Source: Candidatus Bathyarchaeia archaeon (GTDB lineage Archaea; Thermoproteota; Bathyarchaeia; 40CM-2-53-6). Taken from it: 64,000 bases of DNA. The position numbers were made by a program, and so were the translations under genes. A model generated the notes under the pieces. The model worked only from the letters and a program-made list of their open reading frames with translations, ran no database searches and was not told the origin of the DNA. The stretch lies in NCBI GenBank assembly GCA_049513715.1, contig JBEKVV010000002.1:384001-448000 (forward strand), written 5' to 3'. This document shows, in pieces, positions 30,751-39,542 of the stretch (within the stretch, counting starts at the first letter, position 1; every line of letters begins with the position of its first letter).

Positions 30751-31048
30751 GACTCTGGTTCACCTCCAGTTGGAATTCATCGTCCCAAACCGCTGTCGGA
30801 CAACAAATAATCCTTCCAAGTATGGGTCTTCACGTAGGCACGCTGAATGCAACGATCATCGACGCGGCAATTCCTAAAATGACAGGTTCATGTGAATTTG
30901 GCTACTGTTGAAACTGAGCCTGATTGAACACCGGTCTGCCCGTCGCACGATCTTCCTAGGAATTGTTTCTGATTAGTCTACACGCGACGGTCATGAAGGC
31001 TGCAGCACAGATTCGGATCAAATTCCTTTGGGCTTCTTTGAAGCTTCA

Positions 31049-31552
31049 CTAAGGTTGGACACAACATGTATCAGCCGAGATGTGAATGGTTCCTAAGCTC
31101 GTGGATGCTAGACTCCATACTCCATCGACCGTGACTCTTACGGTAACGTTCTGATGGCTTCTGAGAAAGTCAAAGTTCCCCGCATCGAAGAACGTTTGAA
31201 CCCCGACGGTCTGGGGGAGGATTAGTGTGGGCAAACTTGCACTTGCACTGTATGGTAAGCTCTGCTGGTAGTTCATGTTGTCAATGCGGACGTTGATTAT
31301 GGGTACGCGGAGAGAAGTCGAGCCGGAAAGAATGTACACTATTACTGACGCCTCTGTGAGGTTTCCGTAACCTGAAATTGATATTGAGATATTGTCACCG
31401 AAAGTATGCTGAATCATCGTTAGTTGCGCGTTTGGCATCGCTATGTAGCGGAATGTTGAGGCCAACACAACAATTACTACCAGAATTACTGCAAGTGCGA
31501 TTAGGAGCCCTCGTCGGCTTCGAGTAGTCAAAGCTGATGAAGACGCATCCAT
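31049..31552 (-). CDS. Hypothetical membrane-anchored protein
   Basis: N-terminal basic plus hydrophobic anchor followed by a beta-rich domain. Confidence 0.6.
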   Translation of the reverse strand: MDASSSALTTRSRRGLLIALAVILVVIVVLASTFRYIAMPNAQLTMIQHTFGDNISISISGYGNLTEASVIVYILSGSTSLRVPIINVRIDNMNYQQSLPYSASASLPTLILPQTVGVQTFFDAGNFDFLRSHQNVTVRVTVDGVWSLASTSLGTIHISADTCCVQP

Positions 31553-31844
31553 ATCGATGGTATTTAGAATTATCCTTCAGCTACTGGCCTGATATCGCAA
31601 TGCAGCTGCGTGAGTCTGCGAATTGACAGGGAAAAGACATCAACCGTAATTGTGCTCACCCATGCAAAGGTGCGCGGGCTCTCGCACTCAAGATCCATTT
31701 CACTTAGAGTCAATTGGGCCAGACTCGTCATCGCCCGCCAAATCAACTCTGGGTCAGTCGCTAATTTGCTTATCTACATTCTCAACCGAAATTGGCTGAC
31801 ATGCTTATGTTCCTAAAGCGTGCGTAGACTCTGTCGAAGGATTT

Positions 31845-32825
31845 GTGGGGATGCCTGCCCTCAAGATAACACCGATAGGTTTCGAGAGCCTCGGCGTCAG
31901 GTCCATGTGCACATACGTTGAGACTCCGGATCTGCGGGTTCTGATTGATGCGGGCGTCGCCCTTGGCCCGAGGTTTCGGCTGCTTCCCCATCCCCGCGAA
32001 TATCGCGCGAGGAATGCTTGCAGGGCGAGGATTCGAGAATACGCCGCCAAGGCGGATGTCATTGTGATTTCGCACTACCACAACGACCACCACACACCCA
32101 ACTACACCGAAACCGTGTGGTTGGGTTGCAGCCTAGGCGAGTCAGAGCAAATCTATAAGGACAAAATTGTTCTCATGAAGGATATTCGTAATGCGATCAA
32201 CTTCAGCCAACGCCGTCGAGGTTGGATGTTTCAGAGGTTCGTGAAGAAACTCGGGAGCAAATGCGAAATTGCAGACGGGCAAACATTCCAATTCGGGCGA
32301 ACCAAACTGAAAATCTCTGAACCCGTCCCACACGGAGAAGAAGAATCCCAACTTGGCTGGGTCCTTATGACGACCATTGGATATGACGATGAGAAGATGA
32401 TGCACGCGTCTGATGTTCAGGGCCCAATGGCCCGCAGTACGGCTCGAATTATCTTGAAGGAGAAACCTGACTTGATTGTGCTGGGTGGCCCGCCGCTCTA
32501 TCTGGAGGGCGTGAAAGTTGAGAAAGCATCGATTCTAAAAGGACTGGAGAATGCTGCCCGGGTTGCGGCAAAAGTGCCGACGGTAATCTTCGAGCACCAC
32601 TTGCTGCGATCGGGAAACTCGAGGGAAAAGGCAAAGGTGGTGTATGACAGCGCAGCCGAAGCCAACCATCGAGTACTTGCTGCCTCGGATTACCTGGGCC
32701 TTGAGCTCCTGCTCTTAGAGTGCAACCGCGAGCGGCTCTACAAAGAGGAGCTACCGTCAGAGGAGTTCGTGAAGTGGACCAAGCTACCGCGGGATAAACG
32801 CAGCATGCAGTTTCCCCCTGTCTGA
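31845..32825 (+). CDS. UPF0282 family metallo-beta-lactamase-fold hydrolase
   Basis: ESLGVRSM, D.GVALGP.RF.L.PH..E, SHYHNDH, SDVQGP, HHLLR. Confidence 0.9.
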   Translation: MGMPALKITPIGFESLGVRSMCTYVETPDLRVLIDAGVALGPRFRLLPHPREYRARNACRARIREYAAKADVIVISHYHNDHHTPNYTETVWLGCSLGESEQIYKDKIVLMKDIRNAINFSQRRRGWMFQRFVKKLGSKCEIADGQTFQFGRTKLKISEPVPHGEEESQLGWVLMTTIGYDDEKMMHASDVQGPMARSTARIILKEKPDLIVLGGPPLYLEGVKVEKASILKGLENAARVAAKVPTVIFEHHLLRSGNSREKAKVVYDSAAEANHRVLAASDYLGLELLLLECNRERLYKEELPSEEFVKWTKLPRDKRSMQFPPV

Positions 32826-33203
32826 CATCGGTTGTCTCAGGATTCTGGCCGCATCAGCAACCTAGCCATGAAGTGGACGCGCGCACGTGTGGCGGCCAGA
32901 AAGTTCGTTGAGGAAATCACTAATGAGATCCGGTGATGCTTGCTTGGCTCTTGAGGAAGTAGTTGGTCGCAGACGAGTAACTACCTCTTCGCTGGGTATA
33001 CGATGAGGAAGGCGGCAACGTAAACGGGTTACTGGTCATCCGCCGCTTCGGCTTGAACATCAAGCTATCATTATGGCTGTAGGATTCTTATGGACCGAGT
33101 GGAGTACAAATCATACTGGTAGTACTAATAGGCCTCAAACAGGAAGTTCAGGACGAGAAAACAGGACAAGAAGGGGGCTCTTTGCGTGCAGATCATGGAC
33201 GGG

Positions 33204-33371
33204 TCAAGCACCCACAAGTGGAAGTTTCGTAGCTAACCTAAACTTCTTGCCGCACGATGGGCATGAGAAGTGCTTGATATGCAGCGCAGGGCCTCGCCCA
33301 TCCTTTGGGTGCATATCCCACTCCTTCGCCGGACCAATGACTTCGCCACCGCATTTCAGACATTTCACCAA
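33204..33371 (-). CDS. Small Zn-ribbon, Cren7-like chromatin protein candidate
   Basis: TTG start with GAGGTGA SD; sequence KCLKCGGEV..P.KEWDMHPKDGRG...I.HFSCPSCGKKFR. Confidence 0.6.
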   Translation of the reverse strand: MVKCLKCGGEVIGPAKEWDMHPKDGRGPALHIKHFSCPSCGKKFRLATKLPLVGA

Positions 33372-33537
33372 GAGATTTTCACCTCTTCCGGGCTGCAGCA
33401 GGATGGCGGGCATGAGGGTGCACGTGGGTTTGTTGATGTTGTCACTGGGCCCTTGCGTGGGGTGTAACATGAATGAGTAGGGATTTCCTCATGTCCAACC
33501 CGTCGAGCTGCCATGGGTCGTCCTTACATGTTTCATG

Positions 33538-33573
33538 GTATATTAATGTTTCAATTATGGTACATTAATATAC
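33538..33573. promoter_or_regulatory. Perfect 12-bp inverted repeat GTATATTAATGT-N12-ACATTAATATAC (candidate operator)
   Basis: Read directly from the sequence; lies in the AT-rich gap between divergent small genes. Confidence 0.6.
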
Positions 33574-33667
33574 TCTGTTTGATTATCGATGTATCGAACT
33601 TCAGCGGAACCAGTTAAATCGAAGTTCCGTCTGTATGTAGCACACATCAACAGGAGGTCAAGAAGAA

Positions 33668-33811
33668 ATGAATGGAGATTCCAAAAGGGCGTTCGCAGTA
33701 GCAATTGCCTCATTCGCAGTGGGAGCAGTAGTCGCAGCCGTCGCGGGAAACACGAAGGCACGCGACAAACTCACTGAAGTGAGCAAGAAGCTCATCCAAC
33801 GCCAAGCGTGA
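33668..33811 (+). CDS. Small membrane-anchored YtxH-like protein (47 aa; not in ORF track)
   Basis: GGAGG SD upstream; MNGDSKRAFAVAIASFAVGAVVAAVAGNTKARDKLTEVSKKLIQRQA. Confidence 0.6.
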   Translation: MNGDSKRAFAVAIASFAVGAVVAAVAGNTKARDKLTEVSKKLIQRQA

Positions 33812-34074
33812 AGAGGAGCTACCCAAAACAAAAATCTTCTTCCACCTTTTCCACTTTTAGTCAAGCGTCGTCCGATTGCGTTTACCGGGCTGGTCAGTTA
33901 CTGGGCTCCTTAGGAGTTTTTCGGAAGAGCGACAACAGAAACTTGGGAGGATCGCAGGCCACTTCTATCCTGTTGTATAACATGTCTAGCATATGTTATA
34001 CACCACAGAAAGAATACATTGGTGAGCCACGGTCGTGGAAAAGAGGCAGCTTTATTTTCAGAAACATAGTTTGT

Positions 34075-34145
34075 GGCGGTTCGGCGCGTGAGTGGGGCCT
34101 CCCACCCGTTGCGCCAGAGAAACCCCGGTGTCGGGAGGTAAACGG
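34075..34145 (+). promoter_or_regulatory. Structured 5' leader of queT (candidate riboswitch / cis-regulatory RNA)
   Basis: TATA-like TTTATTTT at 34051, nested stems, and anti-SD CCTCCC complementary to the GGGAGG SD. Confidence 0.4.
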
Positions 34146-34667
34146 TTGAAAAACAAGAACACGTTACATGTGACTCTGACGGCAGTGTTCGCAGCCATTT
34201 ATGCTGTGGGCGTTGTTTTCCTCGCCCCGATTAGTTTCCAAGTTTTCCAGGTTAGGATTGCAGATGCACTGTTGCCCCTCGCCATGATCTTCGGCTGGCC
34301 CGCTGTTCTTGGATTATCGATCGGAGCGTTCGTGGCCAACTTCTTCGGAGGCCTAGGGCCCATCGACATAGTGGGAGGCTCGCTTGCGAACCTCATAGCT
34401 GCTTACGTTGCGTGGAAACTCGCCAAACGCAACCAAAAGTCGCGGGTCTTCCTTGGTATAGGGCTTGAGATTGTAATCATAACCCTGATTGTGGGAACCT
34501 ACCTCAGCTATTTGCTGGCGTTGCCGTTGGAGGTTGGGCTGCTCGGCGTATTTCTCGGAAGCGTAGTTGCGATCGGAATTCTCGGAACCATACTGTTCTT
34601 CGCCCTGTCGAACAAACGAATCACCGTTCTCCTAAGATCCTACGGCTTGCTGACCGAGGACGATTAG
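34146..34667 (+). CDS. queT: QueT family (COG4708) transporter
   Basis: AVFAAIY, APISF..FQVRIADAL..L, GLSIGAFVAN, GPIDIVGG. TTG start 7 nt after GGGAGG. Confidence 0.85.
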   Translation: MKNKNTLHVTLTAVFAAIYAVGVVFLAPISFQVFQVRIADALLPLAMIFGWPAVLGLSIGAFVANFFGGLGPIDIVGGSLANLIAAYVAWKLAKRNQKSRVFLGIGLEIVIITLIVGTYLSYLLALPLEVGLLGVFLGSVVAIGILGTILFFALSNKRITVLLRSYGLLTEDD

Positions 34668-34794
34668 ACCCAACAGAGAACTCCGCCAAAGAGCCCATAA
34701 AGCAACCAAGTCGCCTTAGCGGGAGGGAGTCCGATGCATTAGCCAAAGCGGTACGAGTTGGGTTTATCCGGTTGGTCAAGGGTGAAATCAACAG

Positions 34795-34883
34795 ATGGTG
34801 AGGTGACATCACCTTCCTCCCTTGTGAGGGTGTCAACACGCAAACGTTGGGTGTATACACCCCAGCATAGGTGTATGACACCC
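34795..34883. repeat. Satellite copy of the CACCC-N7-GGGTG palindrome cluster
   Basis: CAAACGTTGGGTGTATACAC (34841-34860) is identical to 46223-46242. GGTGACATCAC and GATGGTGAGG are also shared with 45959-45981. Confidence 0.75.
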
Positions 34884-34972
34884 TGAGAGCATACGCTAGC
34901 AGCTTGAAACACTAGGAAGCTCGGGGGAATGTTCGCGATCATTGTCGGAGCGGAGCGTGATTCTAGGCCTTT

Positions 34973-35650
34973 CTACTGTCGAAGGATTTTTGCTGCGATG
35001 GTCCAGCTTCCGAGCTTAACCGCCAAGCGAACCCAGAGTGCAGTGTATGCCTCAAGCCACCGTGCGCCGTCAATTCCGCCGATGTCTATTGGCTCGTCCC
35101 AGCCGAACTCCTTCAATATTGCCGCTGTCTGTCGTTTTGCGTTCTCGTCGTTCCCGCAGATTATCATAGTGGGCATGCCTTCTTTCATTCTCGGGTTGAT
35201 CATTGTTTGGTTGTTGACGATGTTGAAGCATTTGACCACCTTAGCCTTAGGTAGCCATCGTTGAACCCGCTCGCCTAGGGAATCTGTGGTGCCAACGAAC
35301 AGGCCTGGAGGCATACCCTTCGAGAAGTCGAGGGGGTTCGTGGCATCGAGAACCAATTTCCCATCAAAGTTCTTTTCGCCTGCGAGTTTGATGACGTTTT
35401 CCGCAGCTTCGCCCAGCGGACAGAAAACGAGAACCTCACCATGGCTTGAGGCCTCAGCGAAGGTTGCGACTGCAACTTTGCCCTTGGTCGCCTTCAGCCA
35501 ATCCCGGAGCTCCTGCTTATCAGGGGTACGAGAACCAAGCTTAACATCATGACCCTTAGACGCGAAACCGTTCCCCAGCGCTTGGCCGACTTTGCCGCTG
35601 CCCAATATCCCGACTTTCATGGAAACCATCTGGGTGATGGGTGCTTTCAA
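34973..35650 (-). CDS. NADP oxidoreductase, F420-dependent family (NpdG/FNO-like)
   Basis: GILGSGKVG Rossmann motif, DATNPL, VVKCFN, ICGND..AK, DIGGI. Confidence 0.85.
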   Translation of the reverse strand: MKAPITQMVSMKVGILGSGKVGQALGNGFASKGHDVKLGSRTPDKQELRDWLKATKGKVAVATFAEASSHGEVLVFCPLGEAAENVIKLAGEKNFDGKLVLDATNPLDFSKGMPPGLFVGTTDSLGERVQRWLPKAKVVKCFNIVNNQTMINPRMKEGMPTMIICGNDENAKRQTAAILKEFGWDEPIDIGGIDGARWLEAYTALWVRLAVKLGSWTIAAKILRQ

Positions 35651-35816
35651 GCGTTAATTTCGGTTTCGGTTGCGCTGCTTATTGAACTGGCTCAATTGAC
35701 GTCAAGATCTGACCCACACGTTTCTGGATCTCAAGACTGCAGACAGACCAGCCTGCGTTCAGGTCCACATGCCACACAATTACTGGCATGCGCGTTTGAG
35801 CGCGCTAAAGGTGCGT

Positions 35817-35913
35817 TGGTGCGGCCGCCGGGATTCGGACCCGGGTCGTTGGCTTGGAAGGCCAATGGACGCCTAGAACGGCTATGTCCTAGACCAGGCT
35901 AGACTACGGCCGC
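35817..35913 (-). tRNA. tRNA-Gly(TCC) with a 19-nt non-canonical intron (35865-35883, position 27/28)
   Basis: Acceptor GCGGCCG/CGGCCGC-A-CCA, anticodon arm TTGGC-CT-TCC-AA-GCCAA, T-arm CCGGG-TCCGAAT-CCCGG, and BHB-type central helix GGAC/GTCC. Confidence 0.92.
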
Positions 35914-36124
35914 AAGCGGTTCACGAAAATACCTTCTCTGCAAATAAGGGTTCGCGGCCGAGAGGAAAACGTTTGCTAAGACAGAGTGCCAAGGAATTTG
36001 CTATGGCATCAATATTCAAAGGCAAGACCCAACGTTCAACATTCATGTAACCAACGCATGAGTTCTTGCGGAGAGAGAGCCGAGAGAAGTAGACTGCTCC
36101 TATTGCTGAGGCCAACTATGGGCG

Positions 36125-39097
36125 GTGGGATTTCTTCTGGCTGATTTGCCAGTTATGAAAAATCGTATATTGTACGAGCCTCTCGCATTATCCCTCTTGG
36201 CCTCCACAGGCGATTCAGCAAGTTCTGCTCGCACACGGGTTTCAACGGGTTACGTTAGATTGGATGGGGCGCTTCAAGGAGGCTTCCTAGCCGGTTCAGC
36301 CGTCGTTCTGAGCGCGCCTGCTAGCGACGAGGTTCCAATACTTCTAAGGAGATTCCTTGGAGCTGACTCTGCGAGTCTACTGATCTCTCGAAACCTGTCT
36401 TCTGCGGAATCCATTGTCGGCGACAAACCAGATGGCCTGAAATGTCTTATTTGCAGCGACAAACCCGTTCCCCGCGCCCAGAACACTCTGCCAGGCAAGG
36501 GCATTGAAAACCTAACCGAACTGAACCTCACGATCACGGAAACCATCAACTCTCTCCAGCCAAGTCGGCTTGTCGTTCAGTTTCTGTCCGATGTTCTGTT
36601 GCGGCATAAGGCGCTTCAAACGAGGAAATGGCTCTCGGAGCTTCTCGACAAGTTCAGAGCCAAGAACATCACGACGCTGGTCCTCCTCAACCCGTTCATG
36701 CATTCAAGCGAAGAGGTTCAAGCGGTTGTTGACCTGTTCGATGGTAACCTGGAGATTTTCGAGAAGGATGTTGAGGGTTCGCCAGGGAAGTTTATGCGCG
36801 TAAGGTGGATGCATGGTATCACGGTTGCAGAAACAGAACCCATAGTACTCGACTTGATTCCTCGAATTAAACCTGCTCCAGCCAAGAAGGTGGCGCATCC
36901 CCGTAACAACCTTCCCGCGAGGGCGACGCCTCTTATTGGACGCGAGAAGGAGCTTGCGGCTGCATGGCCTCTTCTCCTACGCGATGATGTACGGGCACTG
37001 TCTCTTACTGGCCCAGGGGGAACGGGAAAGACAGCCCTCGGATTGGAAATCGCAAGAAGTCTCCTTGACAGTTTTCCTGATGGAGTTTTCTTCATTCAAC
37101 TGGCACCCATTACCGACCTCGAGTTGGTTATGCCGACAGTGGCGGCAACCTTGGGCGTTAGGGAGGAAGGGGGACGCCCGATTATTGAGAGCCTGAAGGA
37201 TTTTCTGCGAGAGCACGAGACGCTACTCCTCCTCGACAATTTTGAACAGGTCATCGAGGCAGCCTCCCAGCTCGCCGACCTATTGACGACATCGGCGAAG
37301 CTGAAGTTTCTCGTTACAAGTCGAGAAGAGTTGAGGATTCATGGCGAACGCGAATTCCCAGTGGCACCGCTTGTAGTGCCCGACCTCAAGCGTCTGCCGC
37401 AGATCGAAGCGTTGTCAGAGGTTGGGGCTGTGGCCCTGTTCGTTGAAAGAGCGCATGCTGTGAAACCGGACTTCGAGATTACGAACGAGAACGCGCGGGC
37501 TGTAGCGGAAATCTGCGTGCGATTGGACGGTCTGCCGCTCGCGTTAGAATTGGCGGCGGCTCGAATCAAGATCCTTTCACCGCAGACAATACTTATGAGA
37601 TTAGAGAGTAGGCTTGGCCTGTTGACGACTGGCGCCCGAGATGCGCCCGTTCGACAGCAGACGCTGCGAAATGCAATAGCTTGGAGCTATGACCTGCTAG
37701 AGGAACGTGATAGAACCGTCTTTAGCCGTGTAGGAGTCTTTGTTGGCGGCTTTACATTCGAAGCAGCAGAGGCAGTTTGCAATCCGCAACGGTCTCTAAC
37801 TGCGAATGTATTGGATGGGCTGTCGAGGCTAGTTGATCGCAGCCTACTCCGCCGAGAAGAGGTCAACGGTGAACCGCGCTTTGCATTTCTCGAAACGCTT
37901 CGAGAATTCGCCCTAGAACGTCTGTTATCATGCGGGGAATCGGAAGCTGCACAGCGGGCACATCTCGAGTTCTTCTTGGGTTTAGCTGAGAAGGCGGATT
38001 CGGAGTTGACGGGGCCCCGCGCGGGAGAGTGGTTGATTCGACTGGAACATGAGCATGACAACTTTCGTGCCGCACTTCAGTGGACGCACCAGAAAGGAGA
38101 GGTTGAGAGAGAGCTGCGCCTAAGTGCAGCGCTATTCTACTTCTGGTACCAACAGGGCTATCTCGTTGAGGGGCGGGAGAGCCTTAAGAGTGCCCTGGCC
38201 GGGTCAGAATCAATCCGCACTTTGGAGCGCGCAAAGGTCCTTCGAGGAGCGGGCGTCCTAGCCCTTGACCAGGGCGACATGGTCGAAGCCCACAGCTTTT
38301 TCGAGGGAAGCTTGAATATTTTCCGAGACTTAGGCGATAAGGTAGGTGTCGCGAGGGTTCTTGCGAATCTGGCGCTTGTAGCTGATACTGAACGTAACTA
38401 TGATGCAGCAGTTCGCCTCTATGAGGAAAGCCTGAGCCTGGCACGGGAGCTGCGTGACAATATGGCTATCGCTAGGGCTCTGAATAATTTGGGTATCATA
38501 GCTCTAAGCGTGAAAGGCGATTATGACGCCGCGCGCAGCCTTTTCGGGGAAGCATTGGCCCTGTGCCGCGAACTTGGAGACAGAACCAGTTCGGCATTCT
38601 GCCTAAGCAACTTGGGAGCCATCGACTTGAAGAAAGGTGATTATGGTTCCGCGCGTACTCGTTACGAGGAGTCACTAACTTTGTTTCGTGAACAGGGTAA
38701 CAAGAGGTTGGTGCCCTTCCCTCTCCTTGGCTTGGGACGTCTAGCTGTCCGGCGTGGTGAATACGCTTCCGCCTTCTCTATACTAACAGAGACCATGGCG
38801 ATGTTGCAAGAGATGGGGATGAAGGAGGAAATTGCGGAATGTTTGGAGGAATTCGCAGGGTTGGCCTCTAAGCAGGGGCAGGCAGAGAGGGCGGCGAGGA
38901 TCTTCGGTGCAGCTGAGGCTCTACGGGAAAAGGTTAACGCCAACCTCGCCCCCGCAGAGCGTACGGAGAACGAACGCACCTACATCACGCCTGCCCGATC
39001 CGCATTAGGCGAAACCAAATTCGCCGAGGCGTGGGCTGAAGGCCGATCGATGACGATGGAAGAGTCGATTACACAAGCTCTTGAGAAAGAGAAATGA
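36125..39097 (+). CDS. STAND NTPase: degenerate KaiC/RAD55-like domain + NB-ARC + TPR
   Basis: N-terminal VSTGY..LD..LQGGF; NNLP...TPLIGRE, GPGGTGKT, LLLLDNFE, TSRE, LDGLPLALELAA; several TPRs. Confidence 0.9.
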   Translation: MGFLLADLPVMKNRILYEPLALSLLASTGDSASSARTRVSTGYVRLDGALQGGFLAGSAVVLSAPASDEVPILLRRFLGADSASLLISRNLSSAESIVGDKPDGLKCLICSDKPVPRAQNTLPGKGIENLTELNLTITETINSLQPSRLVVQFLSDVLLRHKALQTRKWLSELLDKFRAKNITTLVLLNPFMHSSEEVQAVVDLFDGNLEIFEKDVEGSPGKFMRVRWMHGITVAETEPIVLDLIPRIKPAPAKKVAHPRNNLPARATPLIGREKELAAAWPLLLRDDVRALSLTGPGGTGKTALGLEIARSLLDSFPDGVFFIQLAPITDLELVMPTVAATLGVREEGGRPIIESLKDFLREHETLLLLDNFEQVIEAASQLADLLTTSAKLKFLVTSREELRIHGEREFPVAPLVVPDLKRLPQIEALSEVGAVALFVERAHAVKPDFEITNENARAVAEICVRLDGLPLALELAAARIKILSPQTILMRLESRLGLLTTGARDAPVRQQTLRNAIAWSYDLLEERDRTVFSRVGVFVGGFTFEAAEAVCNPQRSLTANVLDGLSRLVDRSLLRREEVNGEPRFAFLETLREFALERLLSCGESEAAQRAHLEFFLGLAEKADSELTGPRAGEWLIRLEHEHDNFRAALQWTHQKGEVERELRLSAALFYFWYQQGYLVEGRESLKSALAGSESIRTLERAKVLRGAGVLALDQGDMVEAHSFFEGSLNIFRDLGDKVGVARVLANLALVADTERNYDAAVRLYEESLSLARELRDNMAIARALNNLGIIALSVKGDYDAARSLFGEALALCRELGDRTSSAFCLSNLGAIDLKKGDYGSARTRYEESLTLFREQGNKRLVPFPLLGLGRLAVRRGEYASAFSILTETMAMLQEMGMKEEIAECLEEFAGLASKQGQAERAARIFGAAEALREKVNANLAPAERTENERTYITPARSALGETKFAEAWAEGRSMTMEESITQALEKEK

Positions 39098-39107
39098 GTG
39101 AGACGCG

Positions 39108-39254
39108 AGTATAACCGGGGATTACAACGCAAACAACGTTTGGCTTTACGATAATCCAACGGGCACCTGGGTTCGGGCTACTGGTTCAACTATGGTTCCT
39201 GTCGGGGAAGCGCTCTGGGTCTACATGACAACCCCAGCCACCCTCAGACCCTAA
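39108..39254 (+). pseudogene. Orphan 3' remnant of a paralog of the downstream secreted protein
   Basis: Translates to SITGDYNANNVWLYDNPTGTWVRATGSTMVPVGEALWVYMTTPATLRP*, which aligns with the last 48 aa of 39543..41975. Confidence 0.75.
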
Positions 39255-39542
39255 ACTCCTCCTGATCCCGAGCCATCGCTCTAAGAGGGCCATATTCGTA
39301 ACTCAACGCGGCATTAACTGAGCAAGAGAGGGCTGCGGCACCGAAAGCAGCGCTCCATCAAGCTTCCAATCCCTGTCTTAGTGTGGCGGCTTTGGACTAT
39401 TGCCCCTACTATCATTATCCCCTCGCCGAAGTTGAAACAGCCGAATACTTATCATGAGTACTTACAGTACGTAGAGTTTGCAAACCTCGCAAGCGTTAAT
39501 ACTGCAAACCTGAGTAGCTTTTACCGCTGAGAGGCTGTTCTC

